Shown in pieces: positions 52,026-64,000 of a DNA stretch of 64,000 nt. Origin of the DNA: Octopus vulgaris (taxonomy: Eukaryota); assembly GCA_951406725.2 (NCBI GenBank), contig OX597821.1, positions 114,018,001 through 114,082,000 of the forward strand, given 5' to 3'. The translations under genes were made by a program, and so were the position numbers. The notes below the pieces were generated by a model, which was not told where the DNA came from, did no database searches, and was given only the letters and a program-made list of their open reading frames with translations. Every line of letters starts with the position of its first letter. The stretch's first letter is position 1.

Positions 52026-53441
52026 TTACTGGTGAGTCCGTAGGTGACCGATAAGACCAATTCTTGCTTGAAAAGATCGGTCGCAGTGCGGACATCTAGT
52101 GCCGGAAGGGAGAGTCGCACGTGGTTGTTGTTGGCGCTCCTTCCGTCGTCGTCTTTTCTCCTCCAACTCTGCAGACCTTTTCGACTCGAAAGTCGCCGTT
52201 CCCTCATGGATGGTGGTTTTCCAGGGTGGTCTGTTTTTTGCCGTTTCCTCCCAGTTAGTGAAGTCGATGTCACACTTTTTGAGGTTCGTTTTCAGGGAGT
52301 CCTTGTAGCGTTTCTTCTGGCCTCCTTTTGTACGATTGCAGTCTTTGAGTTGGGAGTAGAAGATCTGTTTGGGAAGTCGTTCGTCAGTCATTCTAACCAC
52401 GTGGCCGCTCCATCTTAGTTGGCCTTTGATGACATAGGCTTCGATGTTGGTCATTTTTGCTTCTTGTAGCACGCTGACGTTTGTTCTTCTGTCTTCCCAG
52501 TTGATGTTAAGGATCTTCCGAAGACAGCGTTGGTGAAATTTCACGAGCGTTTTCAGGTGGTGACTATACGGGGTCCAGGTTTCGGATGCGTAAAGGAAGG
52601 TTGGAATAATGACTGCCCTGTACACCATGAGTTTGGTTTCGGTTCGGATGTCCCGATCAGCAAAAACTCTTGTTCGAAGCTTGTCGAAAGCTGTTCCTGC
52701 ACACTTCAGACGGTGTTGGATTTCATCACTGAGGTCTACCTTTGCTGACAGATGGCTCCCAAGGTAGCAGAAATGGTTCACATTTTTCAGTGGAATTCCT
52801 TCAGGTTGAATCGATGGCGGGTTGTCAACACGGGCATTGGGAGGAGGTTGGTAGAGTAAGTGAGTCTTCTTGATGTTGATGCTCAGTCCAAGTTTAATAT
52901 ATGCATGATGAAAAGCATTTAGGATCTGTTGGAGGTGATACTCTCTGTAAGCTGCTACACTGTTGTCGTCGGCATATTGGAACTCTAGCAAGCTTCGCGC
53001 CATTGTCTTTGACGTAGTTTTGAGGCGAGCGAGGTTGAAAAGCTTGCCGTCCATTCTGTACGAGATCTCGATGCCAGGTGGAAGGTCATCTCGTATGATG
53101 TGCAACACTGTCGCGATAAAGATGGTAAAGAGAGTTGGCGCTATCACGCAGCCTTGCTTCACTCCGGAGGTGACTTTAAAGGGCTCAGAACTGCCTCTGT
53201 CGGTCTGGACTCTGGCGTGCATATTGTCGTGGAGGAGTTTGAGGATCCGGATGAACTTATCTGGGCATCCATACTGGGCGAGAATATCCCAGAGGAGCTC
53301 TCGCGAGACACGATCAAAGGCTTTGGATAGGTCGATAAAGGCCAAATAGAGCGGTTGGTGTTGCTCACGACATTTTTCTTGTAGCTGTCGCAGCGTGAAG
53401 ATCATATCGGTTGTGCTTCGTGATGGCCTAAAGCCGGTCTG
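52026..53441 (-). CDS. RTE-clade LINE reverse transcriptase with C-terminal C2H2 finger (5'-truncated, no stops)
   Basis: QTGFRPSRSTTDMIF, FIDLSKAFD, GVKQGCVIAPTLF, QYADD, YLGS, LRWSGHV.RM, CPHCDRSFQARIGLIGHLRTH; short 3'UTR and (CAT)n tail at 51972-52025. Confidence 0.95.
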   Translation of the reverse strand, partial: QTGFRPSRSTTDMIFTLRQLQEKCREQHQPLYLAFIDLSKAFDRVSRELLWDILAQYGCPDKFIRILKLLHDNMHARVQTDRGSSEPFKVTSGVKQGCVIAPTLFTIFIATVLHIIRDDLPPGIEISYRMDGKLFNLARLKTTSKTMARSLLEFQYADDNSVAAYREYHLQQILNAFHHAYIKLGLSINIKKTHLLYQPPPNARVDNPPSIQPEGIPLKNVNHFCYLGSHLSAKVDLSDEIQHRLKCAGTAFDKLRTRVFADRDIRTETKLMVYRAVIIPTFLYASETWTPYSHHLKTLVKFHQRCLRKILNINWEDRRTNVSVLQEAKMTNIEAYVIKGQLRWSGHVVRMTDERLPKQIFYSQLKDCNRTKGGQKKRYKDSLKTNLKKCDIDFTNWEETAKNRPPWKTTIHEGTATFESKRSAELEEKRRRRKERQQQPRATLPSGTRCPHCDRSFQARIGLIGHLRTHQ

Positions 53442-53859
53442 CGTCTGCGTAAAGAAATAGGTATATTTAAATACGTAAAAATGGGATGATTTGATCGACT
53501 AAACCCCTTAAGGCGGTGCCCCAGCAGGCCACAGTCCAATGACTGAAACAAGTAAAAGATAAAAGATATTGGCCTCCATTTGCTCCAAGTCGTTTTAACG
53601 TATTCAATATATTCAAATATACCGTATTTACACGAGTAAATACGGTATATTTAAACACGCAAAGAACAAAATTCTTCACTTTTATGTTTTAGAGCCGGAA
53701 CGACAGCCCTGTGAAAAATTCATGTAAAGAAACAGGATTCCAATCTATCAAAATCACTTTAATAGTTATTTCGAAATTGGCCCAAGCGAAATTCACGAGA
53801 ACTGGAACTACATGGCCAATTAATACAGCAAACCGAGAATCTCGGAAGATCGCAGCCTT

Positions 53860-54215
53860 TTGTAGACGGGCGGGAACTTAAAACGAGAAACTGAAACGCT
53901 AATTACAGCCACTCAGGAACAAACCCTAAGAGCAAATCTTATAAAGGCAAAAATCGACAAAACTCAATCAGACAGAAAATGTCGGTTTGGAGGAAAGGAG
54001 ACGAGAGTAACAATCACCTTATGAATGAGTGCAGTATACTAGCACTAAATGAGTATAAGCGCAGACATGACTGTGTAGGAAAACGGGTGCCAAGAGTGTA
54101 ACTTGAAAACAACGGAAAAATTATTTGAACACGAACCAAAGGCTGTGATTGAAAATGAGAATTACAAGATCTTCTGGGACTTCGCCATATACACTGACCA
54201 TACTATTGAGGCAAA
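53860..54215 (+). mobile_element. Degenerate R4/Dong-type zinc knuckle/RLE fragment
   Basis: LKRETETLITATQEQTLRANLIKAKIDKTQSDRKCRF..NHLMNECSILALNEYKRRHD..ENENYKIFWDFAIYTDH. Confidence 0.75.
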
Positions 54216-54600
54216 AAAGTCCAGAAATTTATGGAGGACAAACTACTTATTTCGAAAGTCACCTAAGTGAAATCTAAACGTTGAAATCAATTTCATGCAA
54301 AAGTATCGTAAGAATTGTCGCGTGTACTGGGACTCACTGGGCCGATGCTCGGTTTCTTCGGAACATTATTGACCAAAATCATAATACTCCCCACTGAACG
54401 GGATGCCAGTCCATTGCCAGGTTACTCACAGCCGTCTCTATGATGCTTTCTCTCTCATTGCACGCGCGCGCGTGTGTATCTATAGCGTTCCTTTGCTCAT
54501 TGCCTGCCACAAAATATGTGCGCTCATTCTCAACCCCTTATTTTAATTCTCTCTCTTTCTCTCTCTCTCTCGATATCTATATATATATATATATATATAC

Positions 54601-54824
54601 ATAAATGCGAAACAAAGTGGAAAAAATAGTACTCGAACACCAGAGGTAGAGTAATATGCTTTATTAAAAAGCAGCAAAAATATCACAAAAAACTGTTACT
54701 CAGAGTTTCACGTGCCCGTTCGTCTTTCAGTTTTGTTTAGACTCTAATTAAAACTGTTCGACGAACGGGGACGTGAAACTCTGAGTAACAGTTTTTTGTG
54801 ATATTTGTGCTGCTTTTTAATAAA

Positions 54825-54830
<6 letters not shown>
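54601..54830 (-). mobile_element. Fold-back hammerhead element between (TA)n tracts
   Basis: Arms 54654-54734 / 54750-54830; unpaired tail 54601-54653. Confidence 0.85.
54751..54794 (+). ncRNA. Hammerhead motif (TCGACGA core)
   Basis: aaactgt-TCGACGA-acg(ggga)cgt-GAAA-ctctgag-TA-acagttt. Confidence 0.75.
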
Positions 54831-54860
<30 letters not shown>

Positions 54861-54864
<4 letters not shown>

Positions 54865-54967
54865 AGAGTTTACGAAAAAAACAAAAGACGAAGACAGGTG
54901 GTGTACAAAGTACAAAACAAACAGATGTATTAGTATAACGCTCAGGAATAGAAAAAAGTCTTTTACC

Positions 54968-54970
<3 letters not shown>
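54861..54970 (-). mobile_element. Family A 3' tail, truncated near the ribozyme's 3' boundary
   Basis: Reverse complement of the 4681-4785-type sequence; (TA)n on both sides. Confidence 0.7.
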
Positions 54971-55026
<56 letters not shown>

Positions 55027-55675
55027 TAGAGATCATAGAAAGGGTATAGTAAAGCGACAAATGACTCATAACTTGTAGAGTATCGTTAGGGAATGCTTTT
55101 CAATTTAAATTGCTTAGTATAAGAGAGGAATGTAGGTAGGACAAGATGAATTGTGTTTACAAATATTACGAGATGTCTTATGTGAAACTGCCACGAAACT
55201 CGCCAATAATGTTAGCCTAAAAAACTAAGATAAATAAAACATATTGTAATAAAATAACATTCAGCATTATATCATGGTTGATTGTCACGTAAACAGGATT
55301 AGAGATATTGTAATCTATTGGTGCTTAGGTTACACTTGTATTTAATTTGCTTATGACTTACAGTCATGTATATACACTAGCAATGAACGCATAATAAAAC
55401 TAATGGAAAACATTCCGGGTGAAATACTGCAAATAATTGACGGATGCATCACTGCAGTTGCATGATAGAGGTTAGTCTCTGGTTAGAATCGCTCGCCAAT
55501 GGTGGCGCCCCCTCTCTTCCATTTTATGTCAATCGATGACCGGGTTTAGATTTCAGATCTGCAAACGTTTCGTTTGAAAGGTCGTACATAAAGTGAATAA
55601 AACATAAACTATATTTTTTCACCGTTTAGCAGACAACAAAATATCAAACATAGCACGATGTTGATACTAATAATG

Positions 55676-55736
<61 letters not shown>

Positions 55737-55759
55737 TGATGATGATGATGATGATGATG

Positions 55760-55814
<55 letters not shown>

Positions 55815-55828
55815 TGATGATGATGATG

Positions 55829-56755
<927 letters not shown>

Positions 56756-56772
56756 TGATGATGATGATGATG

Positions 56773-56813
<41 letters not shown>

Positions 56814-56834
56814 TATTATTATTATTATTATATC

Positions 56835-57380
56835 GTTTCCCCTAAAAGCCCAAGGCCTGAAACTTTGGGGGTGGGGGGGTTAGTCGATTACATCGACCTC
56901 AGTGCATAACTGGGACTTATAATTCCAAATTGCGGCACAAAGCCAGCAATTTCGGGGAAAGGGGTAAGTCGATTATATCGATCCCCAGTGTTCAACTGGT
57001 ACTTCTTTTGTCGACCCTGAAAATATGAAAAGCAAAGTTGAAATCAGCAGAATTTGAACGCAGAACGTGAAGACGGACAAGATGCTGCTAAGCATTTTAA
57101 CCGGTATGTTAATGATTCTGCCAGCTCGCCGCCTTAATAATAATGATAATAATAATATATATACTCCTCTCTATTATAGACATAAGGCCTGAAATTTGGT
57201 GGAGGAGGAATAGTCGATTACATCGACCCCAGCGCGTAACTAGTACTTATTTAATTGACCCCGAAAGGATGAAAAGCAAAGTCGACCTCGGCGGAATTTG
57301 AACTCAGAAAGTAGCGGTAGACGAAACACTGCTAAGCATTTCGCCCGGCGTGCTAACAGTTCTCCCACCTCGCCGCCTTA
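56835..57380 (-). mobile_element. Cluster of Deu/Nin SINEs
   Basis: Heads end at ~57135 and ~57378. Confidence 0.85.
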
Positions 57381-58148
57381 ATAATAATAATAATAATAAT
57401 AACAACAACAACAACAACAACAACAATATTTCACGGAATTAATGGTGAACGTATTGGGTTATTTCTGTAAACTTTATTAAAAAAACCTGAAAGCGTATCC
57501 TGTGTTGTGTCTCTATGGAAAGATAGTCTCTTATCTGCTAATCATTGGAAGGCGAAGGTAATAGGAATACGATGATTATTTAATGCACTTTATGTATATA
57601 TATATATATATATATATACACTACTTTATGCATAAAATAGACATAATACACAGCACTCATAAAATAAATATTGATTCTTATTTTTTCCATTTTTCCCATA
57701 AACAAAAGAAAGAACAAGTATATTAATGGTTTATAAGTCAATATTGTGTCCTACCTTTTTGTGTTATCAGTGTGACATTCCCATTTTAGGTGATAAACTA
57801 TAGATTTGTAAATTGGTCAATCCAATAGTGTTACACCGCTAAACTTAGTGGATAGTTGACCGATTGGCTGCAGAGCTGATGAGATAGCAATAACTCTTGA
57901 AATATGCATGTACACTTATTACCTACTTTTTCTACCATCGATCTCATTGATTAAGTAGACGTATTCGTATACGAAACGTAGTAACTTACAGTTCTGGTTC
58001 TAGATTCAAAAGAAAATCTATAGTTTATCATAGTACTTATTTAATTGACCCCGAAAGGATGAAAGGCAAAGTCGACCCCGGCGGAATTTTTTCACCGTTT
58101 AGCAGACAACAAAATATCAAACATAGCACGATGTTGATAATAATAATG

Positions 58149-58230
<82 letters not shown>

Positions 58231-58255
58231 TAATAATAATAATAATAATAATCTA

Positions 58256-58307
<52 letters not shown>

Positions 58308-58455
58308 CCTTGACTCCTTGATTTGTTGAGTATATAAACAAATTGGTTGCTTATTTCTATGGGATTGATCAAATATTTAATTTATATTAAAATTTTATGT
58401 ATTGATTAAGTCTTTCCTTGTTTGGTTTTAAAATAGTTCTGGTTTTGTCTCGAAT

Positions 58456-58502
<47 letters not shown>

Positions 58503-58880
58503 TGCATGTATGTATGTATGTATGCATGCATGTATGTATGCATGCATGTATATATGTATATATGTATGTATATAAAGTGGTTTTAAAATGTTGTTTAGAG
58601 TGTTATACAATGCACTAAAATGTTCACACTTATTGCAGTTTATATCGTATTATTTTGGATATACAACAACAACAATATTATTTGAGGAAAACTCTCACCT
58701 TATATGTGGGAAAGTATCAGCTGTCCACAGTAGGATTATTACTCCTCCTCCTACTACTACTACTACTACTACTACTACTAGTAGTAGTAGTAGTAGTAGT
58801 AGTAGTCCTTGACGCCTTGATTTGTTGAGTATATAAACAAATTGGTTGCTTATTTCTATGGGATTGATCAAATTAATGTA

Positions 58881-58930
58881 AACACCTCTGATGAGAGCTC
58901 AATAAGGTTCGAAAGTCGATAAAGGTTGTT
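58881..58930 (+). ncRNA. Hammerhead motif, canonical core
   Basis: aacacct-CTGATGA-gagct(caataa)ggttc-GAAA-gtcga-TA-a-aggttgtt. Confidence 0.65.
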
Positions 58931-59053
58931 CATAAACTTTTCAATCTGTGGGGAAATAGTTAAAGTAGTCGTTTACATATCTACTACAGAGATGTTATAT
59001 ATATATATATATATATAGCAGAAAGGACGGACGAGGTATATATATTCGTGTAT

Positions 59054-59099
<46 letters not shown>

Positions 59100-59109
59100 G
59101 ATAAATCTC

Positions 59110-59157
<48 letters not shown>

Positions 59158-59159
<2 letters not shown>

Positions 59160-59686
59160 TTATAAAATAAGGGCAAAAGAAAAATTCTAATGCCAAATAT
59201 GCCGAAATTTGACAAATTGTCAATCACCACTATAATTTATGCGTCTCGAACTTTTTTTTATCCTACATTAGATGTAAATTTAATAGTGTTCACTTCCGGA
59301 CTCTCTCACTCTGAGAAATTTTCTAGTTCGAATCACACGTGTCTCGAGATGTGCTCAAGATTTTCTATTTTGGATATATTTGGGGTACTTAGATCTGCTC
59401 AAGACTTAGTGCTTACTTTTTCCCATGAGTATGAGTAAGTATTTCATTTATGTCTTACGTATTTATCGCTGAGGAGAAGAAAATTCTTATGAATTAACTT
59501 TGAAATTGGGACCAATAAGGTAATAACGGAATTTTTTAGAAATTTCTATCGGCTTGTTTCGAGACGCATAAATTATAATGGTTATTGACAATTTGTCAAA
59601 TTTCGGCATATTTGGCATTATAATTTTTCTTTTGCTCTTATTTTATAAGTTTTTTATAAATTTAACCTTTAAATGCTAGCCATTAG

Positions 59687-59692
<6 letters not shown>
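59158..59692 (+). mobile_element. Fold-back element: ~93-bp arms, 307-bp spacer, 3' tail, between (TA)n tracts
   Basis: 59158-59250 is inverted at 59558-59650; a degenerate CTGAGGA..gaaaattc...gaattttt..GAAA lies at 59469-59552. Confidence 0.8.
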
Positions 59693-59727
<35 letters not shown>

Positions 59728-59761
59728 TTTCTACTCGTGCGGTATCTTAAACTTTACTTTG

Positions 59762-59799
<38 letters not shown>

Positions 59800-60714
59800 C
59801 AAAGAAAAGTTGTAAGATACCGCACGACGGAAAATTATATCAGAAAGAAGGTTTGAAAATGCAATTTCAAAGATATCTTTAAAATTGCATTTTCAAACCT
59901 TCTTTCAGATATATATATATATATATATATATATCGCATACACGAATCATCTTTATACATCGTCTGTCCTTTTTATCGCTAACCCTCATCTTTTAGTTTT
60001 CAAATAAGTGATTTGTTATTTAACAAGCACAAATTAAATGAAATACTAAGCTTTTTTAACACTATTTAATCCTCTCGTGGTTAAAATATTAATCCTACAT
60101 TTGAATTCCAGCTAAAGCTCATATGTAGTTTAATTCTGTAACATGATTCTAAAAAAAAACCAATTCAATTTGAATTAATTCAGGGAGTATTATATAATAA
60201 GTAAAAAGCAACGGTTTTTTGTTCTTTTTGTTCAGAGAAAAACGCAAGTCACATTAACTTGCCACAACCTCTGTTATTGTAAAATCATCATATGGACGTT
60301 TTCTTTTGTGTTTCACAACAACAACAAACAAACGATCCCCGATCGTAACATTCCCACCACGCGTTCCTGTCGTGAGAGAACCGTGGGAGATTCAAATAGA
60401 TACTGCTTACGTATTTCGTGTGTATCTAAACATTCAAGCCATGAATATAGCCAGTATGCAGATGTCTCCTTCTGTTTTATTGTTAGTAAAGACTTTTAGA
60501 TCCACCACATATCTTCACATCAAAGTTGGTTTAGCAATGAATACGTTGAATAAAGCTTTGAAATAACGTAGACTAAATACAGTGTATTTCAAATGTTTTC
60601 ATTGCGAACGTCTGCTGCTAAGTAAATAATATTGTAAGAATGATGTAACTTCTTATATTCACAAATCATTCGATTTAACTTTGGTAATTTTTTATAATAC
60701 AGATATTATCAAAT

Positions 60715-61118
60715 ATTCTTTTCTACTCTAAGCACAAGGCCCGACATTTTTGGAGAGATGGGGACCAGTCGATTACATCGACCCCCGCACGTAATTGGTG
60801 CTTAATTTATCGACCCTGAAAGGATGAAAGGCAAAGTCGACCTCGGCGAAATTTGAACTCAGAACGTAAAGACAGACGAAATACCCATTTCTTTACTACC
60901 CACAAGGGGCTAAACACAGAGGAAACAAACAAGGACAGACACACGGATTAAGTCGATTATATCGACCCCAGTGCGCAACTGGTACTTAATTTATCGACCC
61001 CGAAAGGATGAAAGGTAAAGTCGACCTCGGCGGAATTTGAACTCAGAACGTAACGGCAGACGAAATACGGCTACGCATTTCGTCCGGCGTGCTAACGTTT
61101 CTGCCAGTTTGCCGCCTT
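60715..61118 (-). mobile_element. Deu/Nin SINE dimer
   Basis: Same two-tail architecture as 8040-8380. Confidence 0.9.
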
Positions 61119-61157
61119 AGATTATCCAATATTATATCCGATGTAGTAAAAGTAAGA

Positions 61158-61237
<80 letters not shown>

Positions 61238-61839
61238 GAAAGAGAGAGAGAAAGAGTAATATACCAGATTGGATCAGATAATTATGTTGTTATTTAGTAC
61301 AGAGGTCAGCCTTGTGTGAATAGATTTATGATCATAGGTGTGCTGGTTGTAACTATTCCAACACAAGCTCAGACTATGAATATGTAGGATTACATTTTTG
61401 ACTTGTGCTTCCATTTGCACGACAGTGAGGTGAAATTTGAAAACCATCATTCTGCTATTTCAAGCAAGTCGAGCGATTTTGCAGATTCATGGCTCGAATC
61501 TCATATATGCATCTTAAGTCAGAAATATATGAAATAACAAAAACAATGGCAACAGCTAAACATTCGTGCATTGGTTGCCTTCCCTGCTTGCTAATGGAAG
61601 ATTAGAAGGTAAAAACTGTTATGATTGCTACAGAATAGAGAGGAAATGGAAATTGTGGGCCAGGAATAATAGTGTGTTGATGATTATTTACCAATCATCT
61701 GGATGACCGTCATTTGGATGTGATATTCGTCGTGTGTATAGCAGTAGCACCTTGTTTGATGGGTGAGTATTGAACAGTTTTGAGGTCCATGCTGTGAAGG
61801 AATCACATATTTAGTACGAAGTGTCTCGGTCATATATGG

Positions 61840-61992
61840 CTGGCGAAAGTTTAAAAGGAGTAACGATTTATGTCATCTACAAAGAAATGAAAGTTGTTAG
61901 AAGTGATAGTAAGCAGGTCGCTGATGTTCATGAGGAAAGGTATGAGAGACTTCATCCAACCTAGGGGGACGCCAATGTTGCGAATCAACTCC
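61840..61992 (-). mobile_element. Ancient LINE RT fragment
   Basis: Translates IGVPLGWMKSLIPFLMNISDLLTITSNNFHFFVDDIK (GVPQG...INDL...FADD pattern). Confidence 0.6.
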
Positions 61993-62089
61993 CTTTTGGC
62001 TAAAAACAAAAACACTAGTGATATCTAAGGAACATTAAAGTTCAATGTATTATCTAGTTTATATTTCTAAAAAAACACCGCATCTATTA

Positions 62090-62306
62090 TTGGTTTCAAA
62101 TTTTGGCACAAGGCCAGCAATTTTGGGGTAGAGCGTAAGTCGATTACATCGAGCCCAGTGCTCAACTGGTACTTATTTCATCGACTCCCAAAGGATGAAA
62201 GACACAGTCGACCCCGGTGAAATTTGAACTCAGGACGTAGATATGGACGAAATGCCGCTAAGCATTTCACCTGGCGTGCAAACTATTCTGCCAGCTCGCC
62301 GCCTTA
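62090..62306 (-). mobile_element. Deu/Nin SINE
   Basis: Family motifs present. Confidence 0.85.
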
Positions 62307-62573
62307 TCCGCACGTGTTATTAGATATTGTTTTACAGACAAATGTCGTTTTTACTGCTTGCTAACCCTCACCTCTCATTTTTCAAGTAAGGGATTTGTCA
62401 TTTAGTACCTACAAATGAGGTATGACACTAATCTTTTTAACAGGTGCTGTCCTTTCCTCTCTGAATAAACTATGAAAAAGAAAAGAAAAACTTTGAATCA
62501 GAAGAGATTGAAGATGAACCTCAATTTACAAGTAGCTGCGTCTCTCCTGATGGAGTAAATTGTTATTGACCAT

Positions 62574-63275
62574 AGGCGCAGGAGTGGCTGTGTGGTAAAT
62601 AGCTTGCTTACCAACCACACGGTTCCGGGTTCAGTCCCATTGCCTGACACTTTGGGCAAGTGTCTTATACTATAGCCTCGTAGTTCAAATCCTGTGAATG
62701 TCAACTTCACCTTTGCAGTTGATAAAATAAACTAGAAATCAAATATTGGGATCGATGGCATCGACAAAACCCTCCCCTTTTTACCTGCTGGCCTTTGTCT
62801 CAATCAGAAATTAAAAGTGAGTTCAAATTTCACTGAAATTAACGTTGCTTTCCATTTATAAAATAAAGTACCGGTCATATAAGCGCAGCGTGGCGATGTG
62901 ATAAAAAGCTTGCTTTCCAACCACATGATTCCGGGTTCAGTTCCACTGTGTGGCACCTTGGGCAAGTGTGTTCTACTATAACCTCGGGTCAGAGCTTTGT
63001 GAGTGGATTTGGTAGACGAAAACTGAAAGTAGCCCGTCATATATGCATGTGTGTGTGTGTGTGTGTGTGTTTGTGTGTCTGTGTTTGTTCCCCCACCTTC
63101 GCTTGACAACCGATATTGGTGTGTTTACGTCCCCGTAACTTAGCGGTTCGGCAAAAGAGACCGATAGAATAAGTACTAGGCTTACAAAATCCTGGGGGCG
63201 ATTTGTTCGACTAAAAGTGGTGCTCCAGCATGGCCGCAGTCAAATGACTGAAACAAGTAAAAGAACAAAAGAATA
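62574..63275 (+). mobile_element. CORE-type SINEs: head fragment (62574-62680) and near full copy (62880-63275)
   Basis: Family motifs present. Confidence 0.85.
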
Positions 63276-63923
63276 TATATGTAACTTAATTAATGCTATT
63301 GAAAAATTAAGTCATTACAATAAATAAGTAATTCTAAACAAACCCACCGCAGTCTTAAATTCGGTGACGGGGAAAGTATTCCTGAAGTTACGTTGCAGGA
63401 AGAAGTCATTTTTGCCGACCGAAAATGTGTTTTCGTTTGAGCGACGAAGATACAACGGAACAAATAAGGCGAAAAACGAAATGAAACAAAATATGAAAGG
63501 AAGAGAAAAAGGAAACAATAATATTTTATACGAGATTTTTGTTATTGTTATTAAAATGATGGAAGAGATAAGAGTGTATAATTTAATAGTCGTGGAAGAA
63601 ATGGAAGAAGTAGTTTTACTTTCAATGCTTGTCAAACATTGGTGGCAGGTGTGTTACATAGTTTTTGTCCAGGTGGACATAGGAGGCGGAGGAGCTGTGG
63701 TATTTACTTATATGACTGTACTAGTCAGTTCGAATAGGCACGCACACACGCACGCACACGCACGAACGCACACACGCACACAAATCGCACACATTCGTAC
63801 ACACAAACACAGCCAGAGACAAATAATATTTGAAATTTTTCTAGGTGTGCACATACGTACAGTACATGGTCACACGGTCACAAATAAGCACGTATAAACA
63901 CATATTTACACATTAACATACAC

Positions 63924-63986
<63 letters not shown>

Positions 63987-64000
63987 TGCGTGCGTAGGTT

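Noticed and set aside
63315-63897. 177-aa and 106-aa ORFs
   Set aside because: No recognisable domain; low-complexity and running into CA-rich repeats.

Overview
Eukaryotic, AT-rich, microsatellite-saturated non-coding DNA. It is most likely from an Octopus genome; this is inferred from the tRNA-derived CORE-type and Deu/Nin-type SINE families and the very dense (TA)n/(CA)n/(AAT)n/(GATA)n tracts. No host protein-coding gene can be supported, and almost all listed ORFs are translated microsatellites. Real coding remnants are all retro/transposon-derived: a 5'-truncated CR1-group LINE RT (41672-43090 +), a 5'-truncated RTE LINE RT with a C2H2 finger (52026-53441 -), R4/Dong-type RLE fragments sitting in (AAT)n, Tx1/L1-like and other RT scraps, and two mariner relics. 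A non-autonomous Helitron and a GG...CC MITE carrying (TTAGGG)4 are also present. The main signal is about 15-20 minimal type I hammerhead-ribozyme motifs from roughly 10 different sequence families (found by eye), most with a palindromic stem III. They sit in short non-coding units inserted in or beside (TA)n tracts. Many units share one asymmetric fold-back layout: an inverted copy lacking the 3' tail, followed by the full copy. This fits a diverse community of Penelope-like pseudo-LTR / retrozyme-like elements targeting (TA)n. It includes a ~354-nt repeat unit at 49393-50084, recurrent U4C cores and a compensatory U3-A8 core. All structures were read manually; no folding or database search was run.
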